Shown in pieces: positions 1-10,170 of a stretch of 64,000 nucleotides of DNA (its first letter is position 1; every line of letters begins with the position of its first letter). Source of the DNA: Limnochordia bacterium (GTDB taxonomy: Bacteria; Bacillota; Limnochordia; DTU080). The stretch is taken from NCBI GenBank assembly GCA_050951545.1, contig JBMNJG010000013.1, positions 1 to 64,000 on the forward strand, in the 5' to 3' direction. The translations under genes were made by a program, and so were the position numbers. The notes under the pieces were generated by a model, which worked only from the letters and a program-made list of their open reading frames with translations, was not told the DNA's origin and searched no databases.

Positions 1-61
1 CCCGATCTTTCCTGCGCGTGTAGACTGGTTGTTCATTACCGCCTGCCTGGCGCCGCCAAGA

Positions 62-1402
62 TCAGTTGGATTTCGCTTTACGGGCATCAATAGCGGGCTG
101 AACGACATCGTGAATATTCTGGAAGACCTCTACAGGAGCCTTCTCGCCTGCTGCGATGGATTTAAGGCCTGTAAGGAGAGGAGAGCCGAGTTTTCTCAGC
201 TCAGGAAACATGGGCCAAGGCTTTGTTCTCTCAACAGCTTCCATCTGAGCCTTCATGAGAAGCTTGACGCGAGGATCGGTTTGCCGCGCGATCCGCTCCA
301 TGTTGGCGGGGCGGGAAGCGCAGAGACGTCCTGGTTTGTGTTGATCAACGATTCTCATAGCGGAGGGACTGAATGTAAGGTAGATAGCGACGTGAACCGC
401 AGCTGCTGTGTGAGGGGCACTTGCCGTGACAACAGTGGAGTCCATTCCTGAATAGCCCCCGCCCTTGTTGCATCTTTGGAGAGGATTGGGGTGCCAACCA
501 TGAAGTCTCTGCCAAGAACCATATCCGGGTTAGCCCGCACCACATACTCGACCGTGTGGGGGTTATCCTGGATCATTGCCAGCTGGCCGCTTGCCATAAG
601 TGAGAAAGTACTCTTCCCCAAGCTAACGCATGGCGCGGTAACCCCCTTGACGGCCGTAAAGCTCCCGAAGCCATTCCGCTAGGTTGGACATCTCCTCGGT
701 GCGAACGGTTAGAACGTCATTCTCGGCGTCGTAAAGACGTGCTCCGAACCAATGCGGTAGACTGTACTCCTTTTGCCATGTCTCCAAAGGATCAAAAGCG
801 AATCGAGACACAGTACCGTCTGCGTTGGTTTTCCTGAGACGCGTCTCATACTCAAGAAGCTCCTGCAAGTTCCGCGGCGGCTGGTTTCTGTCGTACCCAA
901 CTTCGTCGAAAAGAGACGCGTGCCAATAGAAACTGTTGGTGGAGATCGCATAGGCTGGCAGGCCGATAAGCCCGCTTCTCCAGTTGAAGGTCTCAACATA
1001 CGGCATGATCTGGTTCTTGGGATTCCATAGTGGGGATTGGGAGACATAGGGGCGAATGTCTAGCGTGATTCCGGCTTCATGGAGGGAAGCAACATCCGCA
1101 AGGCCCCACAATATGGTGACATCCGGGGCCACTCCTCCAGCACAAGCAAGGACAAGACGTGGCGCTGGATCCCCGCCGCTACCAGGCAACTCAACAAGCT
1201 TCAGTTCAATGTCAGAATGCTCCCTGTTGAACTGCGCAACTATCTGTTCATAGAGACCGACGTAGTCCGGATAAGATGCCCAGGGATGAGCAAATGTAAC
1301 GATATCCTTTGCGGCGACATGGGCAACTACACTAACGAGCAACACGATGGATAAGAATGCTATCCAGCCCCGACGGACGATGGAATCTGAGACTCTCAGC
1401 AT
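62..1402 (-). pseudogene. ABC sugar solute-binding protein split by two +1 frameshifts (~622 and ~456)
   Basis: Signal peptide after ATG 1402 (RBS AAGGGGG); SBP_bac_1 motifs (AGGVAPDV, GLPAY, FYWHASLFDEVG, PPRNLQEL). ORFs 623-1447, 355-621 and 62-445 join on removing one base at each junction, the second in a G5 run. May be sequencing error. Confidence 0.75.
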
Positions 1403-1802
1403 CTGCTGTACCCCCTTGATAGATGAGTCACCTTTCGATGTCCTCATGCTGTATAGATGTTAATACGTTTGTGATTTCGTATGCTTTTGAGTTCTACTAG
1501 GAGCTCGCCACCTCCTTCATGCAGAACTAATGCATTAAGTAATGTCGTGGCACAGTGCCTCTCCCCGGTCAAATCGTGCTATATCCAACATCAGACTCGA
1601 CTGTTTCCTCCCACCTTCTCTTTGCCGCCGACATGCCCGCACAGCATCACATTATTCTCGAGGGAGGAATGTGGCAATCACCCACGAATTCAGACTAGCT
1701 CTTCGAGCGGAGCGCCACGACAGCGCTAGATGGTTTCCTGGACCTAGCTCCTGGGAATCTGACACGAGCGCGGGTGCGGAAACGGAAAGGGGGTACTGGC
1801 GC

Positions 1803-2231
1803 ATGTTTCACTATCTAGCGCGGGCCTGGATCACGTCGGGATCTTCTGTCTTGGTCGCCCACGAGATTGGTGCTGACAACACCTTTCTGCCTGGTGGGCA
1901 TATCGAGCATGGCGAGCCAGCAAGAGACGCACTTCAGCGGGAGATCCTGGAGGAGACAGGGGTGTTGGTGGAGGTAGGCGACTTCCTCGGCGCCTGCGAG
2001 GCAGCCTGGGAACAAGATGGACGCCTACACTGCGAGATTAACCTCGTCTTCGCTTGTCACTTGCCGGGCCTCGACGCGAGTTCGGCTGTCGAGTCGCTTG
2101 AGAAACACCTCGACTTTCACTGGATTCCCAAAGAGGACGTCGATGCCGTGAATCTCTTGCCAGAGTCCATGAGAAGGCTCGCACATCATGGCCCTTTCGA
2201 CGGTGCATTTTGGGGGTCAACCCTGGAGTGA
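1803..2231 (+). CDS. NUDIX hydrolase
   Basis: Nudix box LPGGHIEHGEPARDALQREILEETG; RBS AAAGGGGG before ATG 1803. Confidence 0.9.
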   Translation: MFHYLARAWITSGSSVLVAHEIGADNTFLPGGHIEHGEPARDALQREILEETGVLVEVGDFLGACEAAWEQDGRLHCEINLVFACHLPGLDASSAVESLEKHLDFHWIPKEDVDAVNLLPESMRRLAHHGPFDGAFWGSTLE

Positions 2232-2271
2232 GTGGTGGGACGCCGAATGGGTGGCTTCCCAGTGTCAACCC

Positions 2272-2377
2272 GCGCCATTCGGGCCAAGAAAGCCCAGGAT
2301 CTCGTAGAGCTTGTACCTCCCCATAGGCCTTGGTGAGACCCGCTATCTCGATGGCCAAGGGATTCTTCATCTGACCG
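2272..2377 (-). pseudogene. Remnant of the 5' end of an ABC ATPase gene (paralog of 8694-8828)
   Basis: Encodes QMKNPLAIEIAGLTKAYGEVQALR..; nucleotide match to 8694-8828 with a 29-bp internal deletion. Confidence 0.85.
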
Positions 2378-2461
2378 GGGAGGGGATTATTCACCATCCC
2401 GCCTCGTTTGGGCTGGTAAAAGCGGCGCGTGTTGGGTAGAGTTTGGATTGGGATCGGGGGC

Positions 2462-3490
2462 ATGTGGCCAATGCTTTTTATGGGTACTGTGGCACCAGGT
2501 ATTGAATCGATCGCGGAGTCTGAGATTCAGGACAAGCTAGCTGGTGCTTGGATTCAGGCAACCTTCCGTGGGCGTGTCCTTTTCGGATGCACCCTTCCGT
2601 TGCAGGAGCTGCTAACGCTCAGGTGTATCGACAACCTCTATGCTCATATTGCATGGCTCTCTATTGGGCCGACGAGGGAGGACCTTAGGCAGCTACGAGA
2701 CGTACTGTCGACAATCGACCTGGCCAAGGCGCTTTCCCTATTGCCTGATATTGCCCCAAAACCGAGAGTCTATGTGAGTGCTAGTCGGGCAGGCAAACAT
2801 ACCTATAGTCGCTTTGAGGCGGCCGAGGCTGTGTTCGCAGCACTCAGGGAACAGCACGGCTTCGCGAGAGGCGATCTGAACGCCCACGATATCGCTCTGC
2901 GGCTGGACATAATCGACAGCAACGCACTTCTCTCACTCAAACTGACGCCTCCTACTTTCCGCTTTCGTGGCCACGAACGGGGTTTTTCGGCTGCAGCGTT
3001 ACGGCCGCCGGTAGCTCACGCCCTGGTATGGGCTTCTGTTCCCTGCGAAGACGACGTCTTCCTAGACCCATTCTGCGGCTCAGGTACGATTGTTGCCGAG
3101 CGTTCCATCTACAGTGCCGAGCGTCTCATGGGTAGTGATATCTCATCGGAAGCCCTGGACATAGCCAGAAGGAACGTTCCGCTGCAAGCGGAGCTCTATG
3201 ATTGGGATGCACGTAATATCAAGATGGCGTCAAGATCTGTGAGTTGTGTTGTCACCAACCCGCCATGGGGAAATCAGATCTCCGCTGGAATGGATGTGGC
3301 GGAGCTATATGGGGGTTTTCTGAAGGAGGTCAAGCGTGTGGTTGTCTCGCGCGGAAGGGTGATAGCCCTCACGGATCAGGTGAGATCATTCGAACAAGCG
3401 TGCCAGGCGCTTGATCTACCATGTGAAACGCTGTGTCATATCAGCCTGCATGGGCTGCTTCCTAGTGTCTTTGTGGTCAAACCAACGTAG
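2462..3490 (+). CDS. THUMP/UPF0020 RNA methyltransferase (Trm14/RlmL-like)
   Basis: AALRPPVAHAL, FLDPFCGSGTI SAM motif, VTNPPWG catalytic motif. Confidence 0.85.
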   Translation: MWPMLFMGTVAPGIESIAESEIQDKLAGAWIQATFRGRVLFGCTLPLQELLTLRCIDNLYAHIAWLSIGPTREDLRQLRDVLSTIDLAKALSLLPDIAPKPRVYVSASRAGKHTYSRFEAAEAVFAALREQHGFARGDLNAHDIALRLDIIDSNALLSLKLTPPTFRFRGHERGFSAAALRPPVAHALVWASVPCEDDVFLDPFCGSGTIVAERSIYSAERLMGSDISSEALDIARRNVPLQAELYDWDARNIKMASRSVSCVVTNPPWGNQISAGMDVAELYGGFLKEVKRVVVSRGRVIALTDQVRSFEQACQALDLPCETLCHISLHGLLPSVFVVKPT

Positions 3491-3692
3491 AGTGGGCTCC
3501 GCGTAACTAAGGATACTCCAGTGCCATTCTACAGTTCCTTTGGCATGCGATAAGAACGGACGAGCTGTCTCCGACAAAGGGGAAAGGGAATGGCTCAGCA
3601 AGCAGGAATCCAGTAGTAGGCCATATGAGCCCCCCGGATCTCCAATTGGCGAGTGGTTCACAACAGACTGACCGGATAGGAGGTTTCGTAGC

Positions 3693-4397
3693 GTGAAAAT
3701 TGAGTACAAGGATATGTTGTTACACGAGTTTCGCACGGCTCTTGAGGCATGCCCAGTGGCCTATGTGCCAGTAGGGCTACTCGAATGGCATGGCGATCAC
3801 CTGTCCCTAGGCACCGATCTCATTCGGGCTGAATGGATTTGCCAGGCAGCCGCCACGAGCATAGGTGGTATCGTGCTACCGGGACTCTATGCTAGTTGTC
3901 CCGGCTATAGCTCGTATGAAGGAACGCTGGTCTTCAGCGTTGATACCGCCGTACAGCTTAGCCTGGAGCTGGCCGCTCAGTTGGAGAAAGTGGGCTTTCG
4001 CGCCGCTCTATTCCTCTCTGCGCACGGAGGCCCTGCACAAGACGAGTACCTGAGTAGGCTGAACGCCGAATACAGGGGCCGTATGCAGCTCTTGGCGCTT
4101 CAGGTAGGCGAACCGATTAAGGTGGGTGATCATGCTGGGCCGTTCGAGACGTCAGATATGCTGGCTGCAGCACCGGAGCTGGTTGACTTGAGCCGCTTTG
4201 CCTATCCTGAGAACCCGATCAGGCAGTACCCCGTGGCGGAAGAGCAACTCTGGCCTGCCGAGAAGCGCCCCTGGGTCTGGCGCAGTGATGTGCGTACCAC
4301 GGCTTCCTCGGAAAAGGGAAACGCCAATCTGGCGGGTATCATCGCCTACTGTAGGGAGTGGCTGAGTGCGAGAGGTCTCCTGAGTCAAGAGGGTTAG
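3693..4397 (+). CDS. Creatininase/creatinine amidohydrolase family protein
   Basis: PVGLLEWHGDHLSLGTD, SAHGG, DHAGPFETS motifs; RBS AGGAGG. Confidence 0.9.
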   Translation: MKIEYKDMLLHEFRTALEACPVAYVPVGLLEWHGDHLSLGTDLIRAEWICQAAATSIGGIVLPGLYASCPGYSSYEGTLVFSVDTAVQLSLELAAQLEKVGFRAALFLSAHGGPAQDEYLSRLNAEYRGRMQLLALQVGEPIKVGDHAGPFETSDMLAAAPELVDLSRFAYPENPIRQYPVAEEQLWPAEKRPWVWRSDVRTTASSEKGNANLAGIIAYCREWLSARGLLSQEG

Positions 4398-4459
4398 TTG
4401 GCTCGTGTTATCACACTCCGCAAAGCAGACTTGTCTACGGGGGATAAGGAGGAAGATGC

Positions 4460-5794
4460 ATGACATCGAAGTTGGCGTTGTATGGTGGAGCCAAAGCAGT
4501 GCAGACCCCTCCCGGGAATATCTTTACGTGGCCGATTGTGACTAAGGAAGATGAAGAGGCTGTGCTCGAGGTTCTACGCAGGGGTGCTATGTCGGGCACT
4601 GACGTAACCAAGCAGTATGAGCAGGAGTTCGCGACCTGGCAGGGTTCTCGCTACGCCCTGGGCTGCAACACTGGTACCGCAGCTCTTTTTTGTGCTTTTT
4701 TCGGGTGCAAGGTCGGCGTGGGCGATGAAGTGATCTGTCCTAGCCTTACCTATTGGGCTTCGGCGTTACCCCTGTTTGCTATGGGAGCCACGCCCGTTTT
4801 TGCTGAGGTAGATCCCAATACGCTCTGCTTGGACCCCAAGGACATTGAGCATCGGATTACTGAGCGCACTAAGGCGATCGTCGTTGTCCACTATTCCGCC
4901 TACCCTGCGGACATGGACCCGATTATGGAGATCGCTAAGCGGCACAATCTCAAGGTCATCGAGGATGTATCACACGCTCAAGGCGGCCTGTACAAAGGCA
5001 GGAAACTGGGCAACATCGGAGATGTTGGAGCCATGTCTCTGATGAGTGGCAAATCGTTTGCTACTGGTGAGGCGGGCATGGTCGTCACCGATGACCGCGA
5101 GATCTACGAGCGTTCCATTGCCTATGGACACTATGAGCGCTATACACTGGCTAATATCGAGACCGAGGATCTCAAACCCTACGTAGGACTCCCCTTAGGC
5201 GGACAAAAACTGCGCATGCATCAGCTGAGCTCGGCGATGGGGCGCGTGCAGCTCAAGTACTACGATGAGCGCATGGCTAGGATCCGCGAAGCGATGAACT
5301 GCTTCTGGGATCTCTTGGAAGGAGTCCCGGGCCTGCGTGCCCACCGGGTGCCCAAAGGCTCTGACAGCACGATGGCCGGTTGGTATGCGGCCAAGGGCTT
5401 GTATGTCCCCGAGGAACTGGGCGGCCTATCTGTCACGCGGTTCTCGCAGGCTGTACGCGCCGAAGGGACGGCCTGTACACCGGGCGGCTACAGGCCATTG
5501 CACTATCATCCGATCTTCAACACATGTGACATCTACGGACACGGCAAGCCGACTCGCATCGCCAATTCGACACGTGACCTGCGGCAGCCGCAAGGTGGTT
5601 TGCCGATTACCGAGGGTCTCGGTGGCCGCATCTTCTCCATCCCTTGGTTCAAGCACTTAGAACGCAAGATCATCGAAGAGCATGCTCTGGCCTACCGCAA
5701 GGTGGTTGAGAACTGTGAGGAGCTTCTGAAAGACGATCCGGGGGATCCGCCAAGCCCGGGTGGATGGAGTTCCTTTCGCCAGACATCGGCCTAG
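4460..5794 (+). CDS. DegT/DnrJ/EryC1/StrS aminotransferase
   Basis: NTGTAAL, GDEVI, IEDVSHAQG, SLMSGKSFATGEAG (PLP Lys); RBS AGGAGG. Confidence 0.92.
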   Translation: MTSKLALYGGAKAVQTPPGNIFTWPIVTKEDEEAVLEVLRRGAMSGTDVTKQYEQEFATWQGSRYALGCNTGTAALFCAFFGCKVGVGDEVICPSLTYWASALPLFAMGATPVFAEVDPNTLCLDPKDIEHRITERTKAIVVVHYSAYPADMDPIMEIAKRHNLKVIEDVSHAQGGLYKGRKLGNIGDVGAMSLMSGKSFATGEAGMVVTDDREIYERSIAYGHYERYTLANIETEDLKPYVGLPLGGQKLRMHQLSSAMGRVQLKYYDERMARIREAMNCFWDLLEGVPGLRAHRVPKGSDSTMAGWYAAKGLYVPEELGGLSVTRFSQAVRAEGTACTPGGYRPLHYHPIFNTCDIYGHGKPTRIANSTRDLRQPQGGLPITEGLGGRIFSIPWFKHLERKIIEEHALAYRKVVENCEELLKDDPGDPPSPGGWSSFRQTSA

Positions 5795-6972
5795 TGGTAG
5801 AGCTACGGTCGCTAGGTAAGCAGTGGCCCATTGCCGGGCCCGAAGAGGAGAAGGCCCTGTTGGAGGTTCTTCACAGTGGAAAGTGGTGTCGAGTAACCCA
5901 CCAGGATCGACCATCGAAGGTAGACGAGTTTGAGAACGCGTTTGCAAGCTACCAGGACGCCAAGTTCGGCATTGCCGTAACCAATGGCACGCAAGCCCTC
6001 GAAATTGCTTTCAAGGCTGCTGGTGTGAAGCCGGGCGATGAAGTGATCGTTCCTGCACTGACTTTTGTGGCCACCGCCACTGCGGCCATTCTTGTCAACG
6101 CGGTCCCTGTCATCGTTGATGCCGACCCCGAGACCTACAACATCAGTCCAGACGCTATTGAGGCCGCCATAACCGACAAGACGCGGGTTATCTGCCCTGT
6201 CCATAACGGCGGATATGCTGCAGACATGGACCGGATCATGGCCATTGCTCGCGAGCACAACCTCATGGTCGTGGAAGACTGCGCCCACGCGCAAGGAACC
6301 CAGTGGAAAGGCAAAGGTGTGGGTTCCATCGGCCACTTTGGCTGCTTCAGCTTCCAGCAGGGGAAGACCATGACTGCTGGCGAAGGCGGGATCATTCTGA
6401 CCAATGACGAGGACTTGGCAGCCGAGGCATATTCCTATCATAACATCGGTCGTATTGCCAACCGGCCGTTTACCGAGTTTCACAAGGTGGCCACCAACGC
6501 TCGTATGACGGAGTTTCAGGCTGCTATCCTCCTCGCTCAACTATCAAGAATGGACGAACAGGTAGCTATCCGCGAACGGAACACAGCGTACCTGGCGGAG
6601 GGTATGCGGGAGATACCGGGTTTGGCGCCACTGGAGCGCGACCCGAGAATGACCCGTTGGTGTTTCTATTACTGGAACTTCAAATACAAGCAGGATGAGT
6701 TTGCGGGCTTGCCGAGAAACACCTTTATTCGGGCCCTGTCGGCTGAAGGTGTTCGCGTTGGTGTAGGTGCCCATGGGGGACCGATCTACCGCAACCCGGT
6801 ACTGCAGGGGAAAGGCCTCGCCAGGGTGTGCGATTGCCCCGAAGCACAACGGATCATTGACACAGAGGCTCTCAGTTTGGCTCACTCGTTGTTCCTGGGT
6901 GATAGAGCAGAGATGGACCTGATTCTGGCCGCGATGCGGAAAATACGAGAGAACGTGGGTGAGCTGCTCTAA
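5794..6972 (+). CDS. DegT/DnrJ/EryC1/StrS aminotransferase (BtrR/RifK-like)
   Basis: TNGTQAL, VEDCAHAQG, SFQQGKTMTAGEGG; GTG start overlapping the upstream stop (start uncertain). Confidence 0.92.
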   Translation: MVELRSLGKQWPIAGPEEEKALLEVLHSGKWCRVTHQDRPSKVDEFENAFASYQDAKFGIAVTNGTQALEIAFKAAGVKPGDEVIVPALTFVATATAAILVNAVPVIVDADPETYNISPDAIEAAITDKTRVICPVHNGGYAADMDRIMAIAREHNLMVVEDCAHAQGTQWKGKGVGSIGHFGCFSFQQGKTMTAGEGGIILTNDEDLAAEAYSYHNIGRIANRPFTEFHKVATNARMTEFQAAILLAQLSRMDEQVAIRERNTAYLAEGMREIPGLAPLERDPRMTRWCFYYWNFKYKQDEFAGLPRNTFIRALSAEGVRVGVGAHGGPIYRNPVLQGKGLARVCDCPEAQRIIDTEALSLAHSLFLGDRAEMDLILAAMRKIRENVGELL

Positions 6973-7065
6973 CGTGTCGGCTCTGGGCTCGACAGTGACG
7001 GCGAGCCAAACCCCGATAGGCCAACCGCGGAGCTGACGTAGTGAAGCAGCTTCGTCCGGCGCCGC

Positions 7066-7905
7066 CTACGCCCGAGTTCGCTCTCGCAATCCGGGCAACT
7101 TCCAGCTTCGCTCGCCGCTCACCCGGATGTCACGGCGCAGGAATAGCAACCAGGCACCAGCGGCAAGGAGTAGTGAGGCAGTAAGGAGACCTGCCAGCCA
7201 GTTGACCTTGAGCCCTTCCACCGCGGTGCCGCCCTGGTAGTAATAGAGAGGGGTGAAATTCATCACTGGCTGCAGACCATCGATGATGTTGGCCAACCCG
7301 GAAAGCAGGAAGTTACCCACCAGTAGGGCCCCTGTGAACATGGCCGCGATGCGTGCCGTAGGCATGACCATGCTCAGCAACAGTGCTATGGCCGCGAACA
7401 GAAGCAGCACCACGAACAGTGGGATGAAGGGGCGCAGTAGCTGAAGCCAACTCAGCTCGAATCCTACTCTGCCAGCCGGTAATGCCCAGCTTAGCCAGCC
7501 CGCCACCTGAATGATGGCCAGGCTCGTGCCTAGAGCAAGTAGGCGCCCCCAGAACAGGCTTGTTCGGCTCACCGGATGGGCCAGTACCAGGTCAAGAGTA
7601 CCCCTTTCTTCGTCCCCCACAGCCAAACTAGCTCCGGACCCAATGGCCAGGATGCCCATAATCAGATGCATCAAGGAGAAGAAGTAGACGTCCAGATACC
7701 CCATAGGCGTGTCCAGGGCGCGCATGTTTTCGAAGAAAGCGTACATTTCCTCAGGGTAGAAGCTTAGGAACTCGTCGAGGTTCTCTATTTGGCCGACACT
7801 GGGATAGAAGAAAGCCATAAGTAACCCATAGAGAGCGACGCCGACAGCCCAGCCGACGGTCTGCCCGCGCAGGCGGCGTAGGGCGTGTCTGAACTCAGCT
7901 ATCAT
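7066..7905 (-). CDS. ABC-2 type exporter permease
   Basis: Six hydrophobic segments; GDEERGTLDLVLAHPVSR motif; RBS GGGAGG. Confidence 0.9.
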   Translation of the reverse strand: MIAEFRHALRRLRGQTVGWAVGVALYGLLMAFFYPSVGQIENLDEFLSFYPEEMYAFFENMRALDTPMGYLDVYFFSLMHLIMGILAIGSGASLAVGDEERGTLDLVLAHPVSRTSLFWGRLLALGTSLAIIQVAGWLSWALPAGRVGFELSWLQLLRPFIPLFVVLLLFAAIALLLSMVMPTARIAAMFTGALLVGNFLLSGLANIIDGLQPVMNFTPLYYYQGGTAVEGLKVNWLAGLLTASLLLAAGAWLLFLRRDIRVSGERSWKLPGLRERTRA

Positions 7906-7906
7906 G

Positions 7907-8821
7907 TCAGCTTTCCTCCCTTGGCTCATCTTTGTAGTAAGCTAGGAATGTTTCCTCCAGCGACAGGCGTTCGGTTTGGAGGTCACTCACAGGAAAGGCA
8001 GCGAGGGCCTTGATTAACGGGTCAATCTCTCCCTCCACCTGAAGAGTAACCTGCAGGCCGTTATGCTGCTCAAGCAAAGAGATACCTTCCACTCTCAGTA
8101 GCGGTCCGATATCAACCTGCTCACGGAAACGCAGCCAGATCTGACGCAGGGACATGCTGATGAGCTGGCGGGGTTCGGCTTCTTCGACAACAACACCCTG
8201 TCGGATGATCGCTACCCTCCCGGCGATAGCTTCCACCTCGCTGATGACATGGGACGAGAAGAAGACAGTGGCACCGTCAGCTTTGGCTTCTTTGAGCAAG
8301 CGGTAGACCTCCTGTTGCATGAGCGGGTCTAGGCCGCTAGTCGGTTCGTCTAGGAGCAGCAGTTCGGGTCGAGCCATAAGCGCCTGGACCAGGCCCACCT
8401 TCTGTCTGTTGCCTTTGGAGAGATTCTTGATGGGTGCGGTAGGATCCAGCTTCAGGCGTTGCGTGAGCTGGTCAACAAACTTCCAGTCGCTCTTGTTACC
8501 GCGCAGGTCATCAAAATAGCGCAGTGCTTGTATGACAGTCAAGTTGCCCTCAAAATGGAGCTCACCAGGGAGGTAGCCTATGAGAGCGCGTACCGCCACA
8601 GGGTCTTTCGTAGGGTCAATCCCGAGGACCCGCATGTTTCCTGACTGGGGCCGGATCAGGTCCAGTAGGCAACGTATGGTCGTGGTCTTCCCGGCGCCAT
8701 TGGGGCCAAGAAAGCCCAGGATCTCACCGCACTTGACTTCCAGGTTCAGACCTCGTAGAGCCTGTACCTTCCCATAGGCTTTGGTGAGATCCGTTATCTC
8801 GATAGCCAAGGGACTCTTCAT
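7907..8821 (-). CDS. ABC exporter ATP-binding protein
   Basis: Walker A GPNGAGKTT, signature LSKGNRQK, Walker B LLLLDEPT, SSH. Confidence 0.95.
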   Translation of the reverse strand: MKSPLAIEITDLTKAYGKVQALRGLNLEVKCGEILGFLGPNGAGKTTTIRCLLDLIRPQSGNMRVLGIDPTKDPVAVRALIGYLPGELHFEGNLTVIQALRYFDDLRGNKSDWKFVDQLTQRLKLDPTAPIKNLSKGNRQKVGLVQALMARPELLLLDEPTSGLDPLMQQEVYRLLKEAKADGATVFFSSHVISEVEAIAGRVAIIRQGVVVEEAEPRQLISMSLRQIWLRFREQVDIGPLLRVEGISLLEQHNGLQVTLQVEGEIDPLIKALAAFPVSDLQTERLSLEETFLAYYKDEPREES

Positions 8822-9069
8822 CTGACCGCCTCTTTCAATCATAGGCAACTGCGAGAGGGCAGCGTCGTCTCAAGTATACCATTGCGAAGGAACATATTGG
8901 CCGAAAGTAACGGTGGACTACACATCCTCGTATGAGGCAAACACTGCGTTGTCAGCAGAGCATTCAGCATGCAATCGAAGGGAAAACACTGAGCACGTCG
9001 AAAGCGGCCACGCCAGTACTGTGACTGCTGCCTATGGGGAAACGACTCGACTGTAAAGGGGCTAGATTC

Positions 9070-10167
9070 ATGACACAACCGAAACGCTGTCGGGCAAGAG
9101 ACTTAGGGATAGCCATTGGTACATACGCTACGGGAGGGTTCAACGCCATCACGGACGTTGCGGGTGTCCGAGTAGGTCACGTTACGCTCATTCGTGGCGA
9201 GGGTCCGTTGCGGATTGGGGAAGGCCCTGTGCGCACTGGCGTTACGGCTATACTCCCACCTGGCGAGAACTGGTTTGAGCAGCCCGTTGAGGCAGGGCAG
9301 TTCACTTTGAATGGTGCGGGAACAACTTGTGGGTTGTCGATGATTGACGAATTCGGTCTTGTCAACACGCCGATTATGCTGACCAATACCCTGAGCGTAG
9401 GTGCGGTGTACGAGGGTGTCATCCAGTACATGGTCGATCGCCTTTTCCGTCCACAGGGTAGAGTGCCCTGGGTCAGTCCGACAGTGGGGGAGACGGCAGA
9501 CGGGTATCTCAACGATATCGGTGGACTTCACGTACGCCCAGAGCATGCGGTGCAGGCCATTGACGAAGCCAGGACTGGCCCCGTGGCGGAGGGGAATGTG
9601 GGCGCCGGGACTGGCACGGGTGCTTTCGGGTTCAAAGGTGGCATCGGCACGTCGTCTCGCGTCGTGGAGATCGCAGGTCAACAGGCGACGATTGGTGTGT
9701 TGGTTCAGACCAATTTCGGCGGGAAACTCACTGTGTGCGGCGTGCCCATGCCCGATCTGAAAGCCTCAGCTTCGATCGTTCCCGATCAAGGTAGCTCCAT
9801 CATGATGATCGTGGCCACGGACCTGCCGCTTGATGCCCGCCAGCTCCAACGACTGGCCCGGCGGGCGATTTTCGGCCTCGCACGCACCGGGGCGGACGGG
9901 GCTCACGGTAGTGGCGACTATGTTATTGCCTTTTCCACGACTCGTCGTCAGCGTCAGAACGGTTCCGAAATCCAGAAGGCACTCGAGCGTGCCGAAGGCC
10001 TGATCGATACTGCATTCTGTGCCGTTGCCGATGCGACCGAAGAAGCGATTCTCAACGCGATTTTCATGGCGGAGACGATGTGTGGTCGGGACGGAAACGT
10101 GCGAGAGGCAGTGCCCATCGATCGAGTGATGGAAATCCTGAGAACGAGTGGGGTTACCCTTGTGTGA
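9070..10167 (+). CDS. Peptidase family S58/P1 (DmpA-like L-aminopeptidase/D-esterase)
   Basis: NAITDVAGVRVGH, EGNVGAGTG, KGGIGTSSR, QGSSII autoprocessing site, HGSGD. Confidence 0.92.
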   Translation: MTQPKRCRARDLGIAIGTYATGGFNAITDVAGVRVGHVTLIRGEGPLRIGEGPVRTGVTAILPPGENWFEQPVEAGQFTLNGAGTTCGLSMIDEFGLVNTPIMLTNTLSVGAVYEGVIQYMVDRLFRPQGRVPWVSPTVGETADGYLNDIGGLHVRPEHAVQAIDEARTGPVAEGNVGAGTGTGAFGFKGGIGTSSRVVEIAGQQATIGVLVQTNFGGKLTVCGVPMPDLKASASIVPDQGSSIMMIVATDLPLDARQLQRLARRAIFGLARTGADGAHGSGDYVIAFSTTRRQRQNGSEIQKALERAEGLIDTAFCAVADATEEAILNAIFMAETMCGRDGNVREAVPIDRVMEILRTSGVTLV

Positions 10168-10170
10168 CCA

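Noticed and set aside
5812-6540. Long antisense ORFs (also 9103-9681, 35098-35868, 36521-37054, 54583-55398, 60680-61201)
   Set aside because: Shadow frames of well-supported genes in GC-rich DNA, with no recognisable motifs.
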